A DNA stretch of 64,000 nt from an uncultured Erysipelotrichia bacterium. GTDB lineage: Bacteria > Bacillota_I > Bacilli_A > JBKEDG01. The notes under the pieces are model-generated. The model did not search any database, had not been told where the DNA came from, and saw nothing but the letters and a program-made list of their open reading frames with translations. Both the position numbers and the translations under genes were made by a program. Every line of letters begins with the position of its first letter. The first letter of the stretch is position 1. Shown piece after piece: positions 17,607 through 25,813 of this stretch. The stretch is taken from positions 40,167-104,166 of the forward strand of contig CAZQIG010000005.1 of assembly GCA_964593055.1 (NCBI GenBank), in the 5' to 3' direction.

Positions 17607-18285
17607 CTTTATCTTCCCCCAGTTCTTTAAAAATCAAATAAAGATTATGATAAGCATCCTTAACTGAATAATATCTCGCACGATCTAGAGCACGACTAAC
17701 ACCTGTATGTGAAATATTTAAATTTTTAGCAGTTAAATGTTGAACATCATCATGCTCTTCTAAACTACTAATAATATTTTGTTGTTTTTTTGTCCAATTA
17801 CTTTTAATAATAAAGCATAATGAAAAAATCGTATTGATAACTTTTTCAAAATCATTTTCAAAAGAAGCTCTTAAAATAATATTCGTATCAATATTACGAT
17901 GTTTATTTCTTCCTTCCTTAACTTCATTCAAAGCATTTCTCGCACAATAGTATGCTTCACCATCATTAACAAATGTATTTGATATTTTCAAGTCTGTTGC
18001 AACCGTTCCAATTCCAATTCCAATATTAACTTTTACAGGCATTAAGTTTTTTTCAATTTCATATATAATTTTAGGAATCACTGAAAAATCATTAATTAAT
18101 CCTTGAAACTCATCACCATTATATATTTGAAAAGCTAATTCAATACTATCATTATAACTCTCATTAATACTTTTTAAAGTATCAATTAATCGTAATTGAT
18201 AAAAATTCCTTTGCCCATCTAGTTCTTTAGAACCCTCAATATCACAAATTAATGCAGCATATTTTTGATTAAACAAAAGCACCAC
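17599..18285 (-). CDS. SatD-family protein: cyclase/GGDEF-like palm domain plus C-terminal HTH
   Basis: 228 aa. Ordered motifs AALICDIEGSK, YNGDEFQG, VNIGIGIGTV and DGEAYYCARNAL. C-terminal LTAKNLNISHTGVSRALDRA helix-turn-helix. Start uncertain: GTG 18285/18282 or TTG 18276. Confidence 0.6.
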   Translation of the reverse strand: MVLLFNQKYAALICDIEGSKELDGQRNFYQLRLIDTLKSINESYNDSIELAFQIYNGDEFQGLINDFSVIPKIIYEIEKNLMPVKVNIGIGIGTVATDLKISNTFVNDGEAYYCARNALNEVKEGRNKHRNIDTNIILRASFENDFEKVINTIFSLCFIIKSNWTKKQQNIISSLEEHDDVQHLTAKNLNISHTGVSRALDRARYYSVKDAYHNLYLIFKELGEDKGV

Positions 18286-18300
18286 CTACCTTTTAAAAGC

Positions 18301-18329
18301 ATTATAGCACATATAATTTTTGCTGTCTA
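18301..18329 (-). promoter_or_regulatory. promoter TAGACA-17-TATAAT of the SatD-like operon
   Basis: Hexamers at 18324-18329 and 18301-18306 (reverse complement). The hairpin AGCACUUU-UAUAU-AAAGUGCU at 18333-18353 lies just upstream. Confidence 0.5.
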
Positions 18330-18384
18330 TACAGCACTTTTATATAAAGTGCTCTTTTTATGACAATTTTTCTCCAAAAGTTAA

Positions 18385-18421
18385 CATAAACAAAAACAGT
18401 TACAAGTTATTTCATTGTAAC
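18385..18421 (-). terminator. intrinsic terminator closing a small transcription unit between hcp and the SatD-like operon
   Basis: GUUACAA-UGAAAUAAC-UUGUAAC followed by UGUUUUUGUUU on the minus strand. Confidence 0.55.
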
Positions 18422-18450
18422 CGCTTGACTAGAAAAGTATTAATGCACTC

Positions 18451-18600
18451 TTATTTTACATTCCTTTTTTCCTTTGTAATTAAGTCGTTATTGGCGATGA
18501 TAAAGTTTTTAATTCTAAAACGATTTCTAGTATTTCTTATACGAATTAGAATATTTTTTATCTTTCTCCACTTTGATAGTTCCACCTTTTTCTTCAACAT
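18451..18600 (-). CDS. hypothetical 49-aa highly basic protein (below the ORF-track cutoff)
   Basis: MLKKKVELSKWRKIKNILIRIRNTRNRFRIKNFIIANNDLITKEKRNVK. GAGG sits 2 nt before ATG, or 5 nt before the in-frame TTG. A terminator follows at 18385-18421. Coding status is unproven. Confidence 0.25.
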   Translation of the reverse strand: MLKKKVELSKWRKIKNILIRIRNTRNRFRIKNFIIANNDLITKEKRNVK

Positions 18601-18908
18601 CGCCTCAAAATTATCACATTTATAATAAATTCCCCTTACGTATAAATAACTTTACTCATCGTGTTATCACAAACACTAAATAGTAGTAAGTCAATTAAGA
18701 CAATAATTGTTTTTAACAAAATACTTCCCCATTATAAAAGCTTAAACACAAATTATTACAATCTGAAATTACTTACTAAAACAGTTTAAATATCATGGTA
18801 TACAGTATATTTTTCATAACACCCTCTTTTTTGTTACAGCAAATTATTTTTCGTGATATTAATAATTTTGAAATATTTAACAGACTTTTCTAAATTTACT
18901 ATTTAATT

Positions 18909-20426
18909 TTAACTCAAATCATTGCTAATATTATATGTTTCAATCAAAAAATTTGCAATATTAGGTGTAATAAAAGCTGGTAATGTTGGTCCAAGATTAA
19001 TATTTTTTACGCCTAAAGATAATAAAGCTAGTAGTACTATTATTGCTTTTTGCTCATACCAAGCTATATTGTATTCAATTGGTAAATCATTTATGTTCTC
19101 TAATTCAAATGCCTTAGCTAGATTTAAAGCTACTACTGCTAAAGAATATGAATCATTACATTGTCCTGCATCAAGTACTTTAGGTATCCCATTCACACTC
19201 TGCAAGTTTAATTTATTGTATCTAAACTTAGCACATCCTGCTGTTAAAATAACTGTCTTATCATTAGTATTCTTAGCAAAATTTTCATAATATTTTCTTT
19301 CGGTGTGTCTTCCATCACAACCTGCCATAACAACAAATTTCTCAATACTACCATCTTTGATACTCTCAATAATTTTATCTGAAACTTCCATAATCTGCTG
19401 ATGAGCAAAACCACCTACTAGCTCACCTTTTTCTAATTCAATAGGTGGAGCACAATTTTTAGCAGTAGCAATTATTTCACTAAAATCATATTTATCATTA
19501 AAGCTTGTTAAATGCTTAAAATCAGCATGTCCAGCATTATGCACAGTATAAACACGATTTCTATAATTAGCATTTTTTTTAGGCGGTACTATACAGTTTG
19601 TCGTAAATAAAATTGGACCATTAAATTTACTAAATTCCTCTTCTTGTTGCCACCAAGCGTTACCATAATTAGCATATAAATGTTCGTATTTATTAAGCTT
19701 AGGATAATAATGGGCTGGTAACATCTCACAATGCGTATAAATATCAATTCCTATATTATCAGTTTGCTCTAAAAGTTGTTCTAAAACATTTAAATCATGA
19801 CCAGATATTAAAATACCAGGTCTATTTCTAACTCCTAAATTTACACTAGTTATTACTGGACTACCGTATTTAAAATTGTTCGTCTGATCTAAAAGCTCCA
19901 TAACTTTAACCCCGAATAAACCCGTTTCATTCACTAAATCTAGTAATTGTGCTAAATAAAGCTTTTGACTTATTGCTACTAAACTACTACGAGTAAATTC
20001 AAAAATTTCTTCACTAGTAGTACCATTATTACTAGCATGAGAATGATAAGCAGCCATACCCATCAAACCTGTTAATACTAATTTTTTCAAACTTTCTAAA
20101 TCTTGATTATCATCGATAACATTAACTGACAATTTACGAATATCACTTTCTTCAAGAAAAGGTAATTGTAAATAATTACGTGATTTATTAATTTCTTGTA
20201 AAAAGATTTTTTCATCAAAATTCGCATTTGTAATCATTTTAAATAAACCATTCATAAGATGTAAATCAATTTCTCGTGATTTAGGTAGTTTTGCAACTTC
20301 GCTTAAATAATATCGATGAATATCCATTAGATTAGCTAGTTCAGTAGTTTTACCACAAAAACCTCCCTTAGTACAAGCAACATTATCAATTGCTTCTTGA
20401 CACCAATTACAATTCATTTTACTCAT
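18909..20426 (-). CDS. hcp: hydroxylamine reductase / hybrid-cluster protein
   Basis: 505 aa. N-terminal Cys cluster CNWCQEAIDNVACTKGGFCGK. Internal cluster ligands, e.g. MAGCDGR and DAGQCNDSY. Confidence 0.9.
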   Translation of the reverse strand: MSKMNCNWCQEAIDNVACTKGGFCGKTTELANLMDIHRYYLSEVAKLPKSREIDLHLMNGLFKMITNANFDEKIFLQEINKSRNYLQLPFLEESDIRKLSVNVIDDNQDLESLKKLVLTGLMGMAAYHSHASNNGTTSEEIFEFTRSSLVAISQKLYLAQLLDLVNETGLFGVKVMELLDQTNNFKYGSPVITSVNLGVRNRPGILISGHDLNVLEQLLEQTDNIGIDIYTHCEMLPAHYYPKLNKYEHLYANYGNAWWQQEEEFSKFNGPILFTTNCIVPPKKNANYRNRVYTVHNAGHADFKHLTSFNDKYDFSEIIATAKNCAPPIELEKGELVGGFAHQQIMEVSDKIIESIKDGSIEKFVVMAGCDGRHTERKYYENFAKNTNDKTVILTAGCAKFRYNKLNLQSVNGIPKVLDAGQCNDSYSLAVVALNLAKAFELENINDLPIEYNIAWYEQKAIIVLLALLSLGVKNINLGPTLPAFITPNIANFLIETYNISNDLS

Positions 20427-20464
20427 TAAAACACCTCCTAAAATTATTATAATAAAAGTATAAA

Positions 20465-20497
20465 AAAAATGCTGTGATATATATCACAACATTTTCA
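20465..20497 (-). terminator. intrinsic terminator of the NSS transporter gene
   Basis: About 12-bp stem AAAAUGUUGUGAU/AUCACAGCAUUUU followed by U8 on the minus strand. Confidence 0.7.
20473..20488 (-). promoter_or_regulatory. perfect CRP/FNR-type palindrome TGTGA-N6-TCACA upstream of hcp
   Basis: TGTGATATATATCACA, centred about 41.5 nt upstream of the start site predicted from TATAAT (20446-20451, reverse complement). The same bases form the upstream terminator stem. Confidence 0.4.
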
Positions 20498-20499
20498 AA

Positions 20500-21870
20500 T
20501 TAAGCAATAAATAAATTATATAATCCTGAAATTAAAATAGAAACTAAGAATATTGGAACAATATATTTTACATAAAAATGTAAAATCTTACCTAATGTTG
20601 GATTTTTCAATTCATCGATAACATCTTGTTTTTTCAATCTCAAACCAACAAATAATGTTGCTAATAATCCTCCTAATGGAATTAGAAAATAATCTGCTAC
20701 ATTAGACAATTGATCTAGAAATGTTTCACCTAATTCTGCTGGTAAAGGTAATACGATGTCCATAGCACCTTGTGAAAGTGAAGAAAGAAATCCTAATAAA
20801 GTAATCACACCACCACAAATCAACACCCATTTTACACGTACTTTATGATCACTTGCATCTGGTTTTTTTGCTAACTCTTTTTCTTTAAAAGCTGCTACAG
20901 AAATTTCTAACAATGAAATAGCTGAAGTAAATGCTGCTAAAAATAATAAGATGAAAAAAGCAATTGCAATAAAATCTCCACCAGGTAAAGCTTCAAATAA
21001 CGGTGGTAAAGTAATAAAGACTAATCCCGGTCCTGCTCCAACTTCTAATCCATTTGTAAATACAACTGGAAAGATGATTAAAGCTGCTAATAAAGCTACA
21101 CATAAATCAGCTATAGATACTTTCAAACCAACATCAGTTAAACTAACATCTTTTTTAATATATGCACCATATGTAATCATTGCTGCAAAACCTAAGCTCA
21201 ACGAGAAAAATGCTTGACCTACTGCACCTAATATTGATTGAATACCAAATTTACTAGTATCTGGTCCAAACAAAAATGCCATACTTTCACCAAAACCATC
21301 TAATCTTAAATTCGTTAATGCTAAAACAATTAATAAGATAAATAAGACTGGCATCATAATTTTTGAAACTCTTTCAATTCCTTTTTGTACTCCTGCAATT
21401 ACTACACCCATTACACTAACCATAAAAATAACTTGGTAAATAATTGGAAAAATAGGCTGAGAAATGAAATCTGTAAATATTTCAGCACTCATACCAGCTT
21501 CTGCTGATACACCACCAGTTATCGATAAGATAAAATAATGTAAAACCCATCCAGCAATTACTCCATAGAAACTAAGGATAATTGAAGCAGTGATAACTGC
21601 TAAAACACCTGATAAATACCATGGTGTTTTAGGATCAAGATTTTTAAATGATCCTACTGCACTACCTTGCCCTCTTCTACCGATAATAAATTCAGAAATC
21701 ATTACTGGTAAACCAACTGCAAAAATTAAAACAATATATAAGATGACAAAAATTCCGCCACCATTATTACCAACGATATATGGAAATTTCCACAAATTAC
21801 CTAATCCAACTGCACTACCTGCAGCGGCTGCAATTATTCCTAACTTAGACCCAAACTTTTCTTTTGTCAT
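20500..21870 (-). CDS. sodium-dependent transporter, neurotransmitter:sodium symporter (NSS/SNF) family
   Basis: 456 aa. GLGNLWKFPY signature at the N-terminus, about 11-12 TM helices. Confidence 0.9.
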   Translation of the reverse strand: MTKEKFGSKLGIIAAAAGSAVGLGNLWKFPYIVGNNGGGIFVILYIVLIFAVGLPVMISEFIIGRRGQGSAVGSFKNLDPKTPWYLSGVLAVITASIILSFYGVIAGWVLHYFILSITGGVSAEAGMSAEIFTDFISQPIFPIIYQVIFMVSVMGVVIAGVQKGIERVSKIMMPVLFILLIVLALTNLRLDGFGESMAFLFGPDTSKFGIQSILGAVGQAFFSLSLGFAAMITYGAYIKKDVSLTDVGLKVSIADLCVALLAALIIFPVVFTNGLEVGAGPGLVFITLPPLFEALPGGDFIAIAFFILLFLAAFTSAISLLEISVAAFKEKELAKKPDASDHKVRVKWVLICGGVITLLGFLSSLSQGAMDIVLPLPAELGETFLDQLSNVADYFLIPLGGLLATLFVGLRLKKQDVIDELKNPTLGKILHFYVKYIVPIFLVSILISGLYNLFIA

Positions 21871-21944
21871 ACAATGACCTCCCTATGTATTTCTCTTTAT
21901 TAAAAGATACTATTAAAAATATTATTTGTCAAGAAAAGTTTTTT

Positions 21945-21974
21945 TTCAAAAAAAAAGCAAAGTATTCTTTGCTT
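21945..21974 (-). terminator. intrinsic terminator after the tyrS-holin-like pair
   Basis: AAGCAAAG-AAUA-CUUUGCUU followed by U9-10. Confidence 0.75.
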
Positions 21975-22008
21975 AAAATTTAGTCCTCTTTTTGTTAAAT
22001 AAATTTTA

Positions 22009-22413
22009 CTATCGAATATGACTGTTTTTAGAAATATCTTTATCAATTATTCCATTCAATAACCAATTAATAATGGCAATAATTACAGAAACAACGATAG
22101 CACTAAAAATACCTGTCATTGTAAATGAAGTTAAAAAGAAATCTACTAAATTTAATATTGCTACATTAATTAAAGGATAAAACAATCCTAGAGTAATAAT
22201 AGTTAATGGTAGAGCAATAAAAATTAACAATGGCTTTAAAAATCGATTAAAAACAGTTAGTAGAAAAGCTCCAAAAATAAGTGCCATCAAGTTTTCGATT
22301 TCTAAATTTTCAATTAATACATCAGATACGAATAACGCAGCAATATTAATTAAAAAAGCTATGACAAATCCAGCTGATTTTCTTTGATAAGTGACTGTAA
22401 CAACCTCAGACAT
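22009..22413 (-). CDS. small membrane protein of the 'phage holin 4-2 / YvlD-like' family
   Basis: 134 aa with 4 TM helices. Its start overlaps the tyrS stop by 1 nt. No other phage genes nearby. Confidence 0.55.
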   Translation of the reverse strand: MSEVVTVTYQRKSAGFVIAFLINIAALFVSDVLIENLEIENLMALIFGAFLLTVFNRFLKPLLIFIALPLTIITLGLFYPLINVAILNLVDFFLTSFTMTGIFSAIVVSVIIAIINWLLNGIIDKDISKNSHIR

Positions 22414-23639
22414 TATTTCACCTCAAATAAATAATATTTTTTCTTACCTCTTTTCAACAAGAAGTATTTATCTAAATACAAATCATCTTCTAATATTTCA
22501 TAGTCAACATCAGTAACTTTTTTATTATTGATAGAAATTGCATTACCACTAATAAATTCACGTGCTTCACGATTTGATTTAGCAATCCCGTGCTCAACTA
22601 AATTTTTTAACAAGTTAGTATGTTCTGTTTTCTTTAGCACATCATAATATAATTCCAGTAGCTCTGTTTCTTGTAAAAGCGTAATGTCACTTTTAAAAAA
22701 AGCTTCGCTCATTGAAACACATCTTGCTGCTACTTCTTTTCCATGAACTAATTTTGTTACTTCATATGCTAAAGTTTTTTGTGCTAACCTCTCATGCGGT
22801 TTTGCTAAAAATTCTTCATAAATACTCTCTATTTCTTCGCGTTTTAAAAACGTAAATCTTTTTAAAAACTGTAAAACTTCATCATCTACGATATTGATGA
22901 AAAACTGATAAAAATCATATGGTTTAGTAAATTCAGGATTTAACCATATTGTACCAGACTCTGTCTTACCATACTTTGTACCATCTGCTTTTGTAATTAA
23001 AGGAAACGTCATTCCATAAGCATGCGCATTATGACCTATTTTTTTACGAATCAATTCTAATCCAGAAGTAATATTTCCCCATTGATCTTGACCAGCTGCT
23101 TGTAAACAAATACCCTTTTCTTTATAAAGGTGATAAAAATCATAACCTTGAATTAACTGATATGAAAATTCTGTATAGGAAATACCTGATTCTAAACGTT
23201 TTTTTACAAGATCTTTATTAATCATATAACTAACATTATAAAACTTCCCTACATCACGTAAAAAATCTAAGAAAGAAAAATTTTTCATCCAATCAAGATT
23301 ATTAACTACTTGAAAATCAAAAATTTTCGTAACTTCTTTAATAATCATCTCACGACTATGAGTAATATCTTCAACACTCCTTAATTCACGCTCATCAGTA
23401 ATTTTAGGATCACCTACTAAAGTAGTTGCTCCACCAATTAAAAAGAAAACTTCATGACCGGCTTTTTCAATCATTTTAGCAGTAATTAATGATGCCAAAT
23501 TTCCAATATGCAAACTAGAAGCTGTAGCATCAGCCCCAATATACATCTTTACTTTATCATTTAATAGTTTTTCAAATAGCGTCTCATCACTTACATCATA
23601 AATTGCTCCACGCCATTTTAGTTCTTCAACAATATTCAT
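22413..23639 (-). CDS. tyrS: tyrosine--tRNA ligase
   Basis: HIGNL (HIGH) and KYGKT (KMSKS-like) motifs, C-terminal S4-like domain, 408 aa. Confidence 0.95.
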   Translation of the reverse strand: MNIVEELKWRGAIYDVSDETLFEKLLNDKVKMYIGADATASSLHIGNLASLITAKMIEKAGHEVFFLIGGATTLVGDPKITDERELRSVEDITHSREMIIKEVTKIFDFQVVNNLDWMKNFSFLDFLRDVGKFYNVSYMINKDLVKKRLESGISYTEFSYQLIQGYDFYHLYKEKGICLQAAGQDQWGNITSGLELIRKKIGHNAHAYGMTFPLITKADGTKYGKTESGTIWLNPEFTKPYDFYQFFINIVDDEVLQFLKRFTFLKREEIESIYEEFLAKPHERLAQKTLAYEVTKLVHGKEVAARCVSMSEAFFKSDITLLQETELLELYYDVLKKTEHTNLLKNLVEHGIAKSNREAREFISGNAISINNKKVTDVDYEILEDDLYLDKYFLLKRGKKKYYLFEVK

Positions 23640-23683
23640 ATAATCTCCTATCTTAAGAAAAATTTTGCCATTACGACAAAATT

Positions 23684-24124
23684 TTATAGTTGTTCATCAA
23701 GTTCGTCTACAGAAGCATCTTTTACAAATTCTTCTCTATTTTCTTTTAAAATATCGATTTTACGATTAATTCTCTCATTAACACCTTCAGCCATTTGAAT
23801 TGATTTAGCATTTCCATTAGCACGAGCTGTTCTAATCAACTCTTCACCTTTAGCTTTTAAATTATTCAAATTCTCCAATGTATTAGTTTTCATTGTTTCC
23901 ACATCTAAGTTAACGATTCTTTCATGTAAAACGTGGTATTTTTCTCCAACTTCTTTTTTAATTTGACTGTACGTATCACCAAACTTATCGCTTACTTCTT
24001 CTGCTTTAACACGAATATCTTCACGTAATTCTTTACCCTTTTTTGGTGCTAATAATAATCCTGCAACGCCCCCAATAACGATTCCTGCTACTAAAATTCC
24101 TACTCCACCACATGGTTTTTCCAT
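23684..24124 (-). CDS. YtxH-like general stress protein
   Basis: GGVAGLLLAPKKGKELREDI YtxH motif followed by coiled-coil. Start placed at ATG 24124, 6 nt after AAAGGTG. The ORF-track start is a GTG inside the SD. Confidence 0.7.
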   Translation of the reverse strand: MEKPCGGVGILVAGIVIGGVAGLLLAPKKGKELREDIRVKAEEVSDKFGDTYSQIKKEVGEKYHVLHERIVNLDVETMKTNTLENLNNLKAKGEELIRTARANGNAKSIQMAEGVNERINRKIDILKENREEFVKDASVDELDEQL

Positions 24125-24138
24125 AAAAATCACCTTTC

Positions 24139-24429
24139 CTATTTAGATTTCTTTTTTACCTTTTCGCTCATGTTCATAACTTTTTCAAAAAACTTCACCT
24201 TACTTGCTAATGATGCAACATTTTGTAACACTTGATTGACACTGTATAATGTGTCAAATAAACCATCAATCTTTGCTAGTTTATTATTAATATCATCAAG
24301 CGCAACTTCTGTTTTTGAGGTCAATGTTTTGAGACTCTTTGTTGCCGTCATCGTAAAAATAGATAAACATAGTAACAATATTACCAATGCAACAAATACA
24401 GCGATGATTGCTATTTCTCTAACATCCAT
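24139..24429 (-). CDS. DUF948 / YtxG-like membrane-anchored protein
   Basis: 96 aa. N-terminal TM helix then coiled-coil. Synteny murC-ytxG-ytxH as in Bacillus. Confidence 0.6.
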   Translation of the reverse strand: MDVREIAIIAVFVALVILLLCLSIFTMTATKSLKTLTSKTEVALDDINNKLAKIDGLFDTLYSVNQVLQNVASLASKVKFFEKVMNMSEKVKKKSK

Positions 24430-24478
24430 AAAAGCACCTCCTTCTCATAATACTATAATTATACTATTTAAAAAAAAT

Positions 24479-25813
24479 CTAGTCAAATACAATATTCTTA
24501 AGTTTTTCTAAAAATTTTGCCGTATAATTCGTATAAATTGTAATTCCAGAAAAAACAATTACTGTATCTTTAAATGTTAATAATTCATCAAACACTTTTT
24601 CTTGAAACATTTCCCCATTTGTTAATCCTTCTAATAAAACTTCAGCATTAGGAACATAATCATACATACCTTCTTCTCTTTTAGGAATATAAACATCACA
24701 AATAATTTGTCTATCTGCCATATTTAAAGCTTCAAAATAAGCATCTTTACCATGTTTAAGTCTAAAAGCTGATAAAGGTTGATAAATAACAATAACTTGT
24801 TTATGCTGATACTTTTGCTTTACAGCACTTAATAAAGCTTTGATTTCATGATAATGGTGAGCATAATCATCAACCACGATCAAATCATTATAAAAATATT
24901 CATCAAAGCGCCTTCTAGCACTAACTTGCAAATCTAATTTTTGTAAAATTTCTACAATATTTTCTTTTTCTAAATAAGCAATCGTAATTGCCGCTAAAAA
25001 ATTTAAAACATTATGTTCACCAAAAATTTCCAAAAAAATTCTTCCATAACTATTCTCATCAATAACTAATTCAAAACTACACCCTTCTTCTGCAAATACC
25101 AATCCTTGTGCATTAGTAAAAAACTCTTGCTTAAAACCATAAAATAAAACTTGCTTATTACTTTTAAACAACTCATACGTTTGTTCATGTTCACCACATA
25201 CAATCAAATTATCTTGAACATTTTTAGAAAAATCTATAAAAGATTGTCTATACTGTTCACGTGTTTTAAAATACTCTACATGATCATAATCAACATTTGT
25301 CACAATTGCATATGTTGGATAATACTTATGAAAATGGTCTTTATATTCACAAGCTTCAAAAGCATAAAAGCTATCTTCACTTGCAAAATAACCTTGTCCA
25401 CAAGCAACAAGAGAATTTATTTTCTTATCTGTTTCCATCACACTTCTTACAAATGAAGTCGTTGTTGTTTTTCCATGTGTTCCAGTAACTGCAACACTAC
25501 GATACTTTTTACTAAGTATTCCTAAATAATCATCGTAATAATACATTTCACAGTTTTTTGCTTTAGCATTTTTAACATCAAGATGATCATCATTAAAAGA
25601 AACACCAACAATAACTAAATCATCTGTTTGAAACTCATATTCACCAAAACCATAATATTTAACTTCAATACTTTCTAATTCTTCTTGTGTAAATAAACGA
25701 TCAGAAACATCACTACCAAAAATTTCATATCCTTCATAATAAAGGAAGCTAGCTAAAGATGATACACCTGAACCTTTAATACCTATTAAAAAAGCACGTC
25801 TATTTTTAATCAT
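24479..25813 (-). CDS. murC: UDP-N-acetylmuramate--L-alanine ligase
   Basis: N-terminal GIKGSGVSSLA Rossmann loop, Mur ligase P-loop GTHGKTTTT, 444 aa. Confidence 0.85.
   Translation of the reverse strand: MIKNRRAFLIGIKGSGVSSLASFLYYEGYEIFGSDVSDRLFTQEELESIEVKYYGFGEYEFQTDDLVIVGVSFNDDHLDVKNAKAKNCEMYYYDDYLGILSKKYRSVAVTGTHGKTTTTSFVRSVMETDKKINSLVACGQGYFASEDSFYAFEACEYKDHFHKYYPTYAIVTNVDYDHVEYFKTREQYRQSFIDFSKNVQDNLIVCGEHEQTYELFKSNKQVLFYGFKQEFFTNAQGLVFAEEGCSFELVIDENSYGRIFLEIFGEHNVLNFLAAITIAYLEKENIVEILQKLDLQVSARRRFDEYFYNDLIVVDDYAHHYHEIKALLSAVKQKYQHKQVIVIYQPLSAFRLKHGKDAYFEALNMADRQIICDVYIPKREEGMYDYVPNAEVLLEGLTNGEMFQEKVFDELLTFKDTVIVFSGITIYTNYTAKFLEKLKNIVFD

Noticed and set aside
18333-18353. The hairpin AGCACUUU-UAUAU-AAAGUGCU followed by CUUUUU on the plus strand, read as a plus-strand terminator or sRNA end.
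   Set aside because: No plus-strand promoter or gene feeds into it, since the upstream DNA is antisense to the SatD-like gene. It sits just upstream of the minus-strand -35, so it may simply insulate or regulate that promoter. It is left unassigned.
18320-18625. A 101-aa plus-strand ORF in the hcp/SatD spacer.
   Set aside because: It is Phe/Leu/Ile-rich, as expected from translating AT-rich non-coding DNA. It has no SD and no promoter. It runs against all neighbouring transcription and through a minus-strand terminator.
22009-22413. A 'phage holin family' membrane protein as a hint of a prophage or lysis cassette.
   Set aside because: There is no endolysin, terminase, capsid or integrase gene nearby. 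The gene overlaps the tyrS stop and is flanked by core genes. This family (YvlD-like) is commonly chromosomal.
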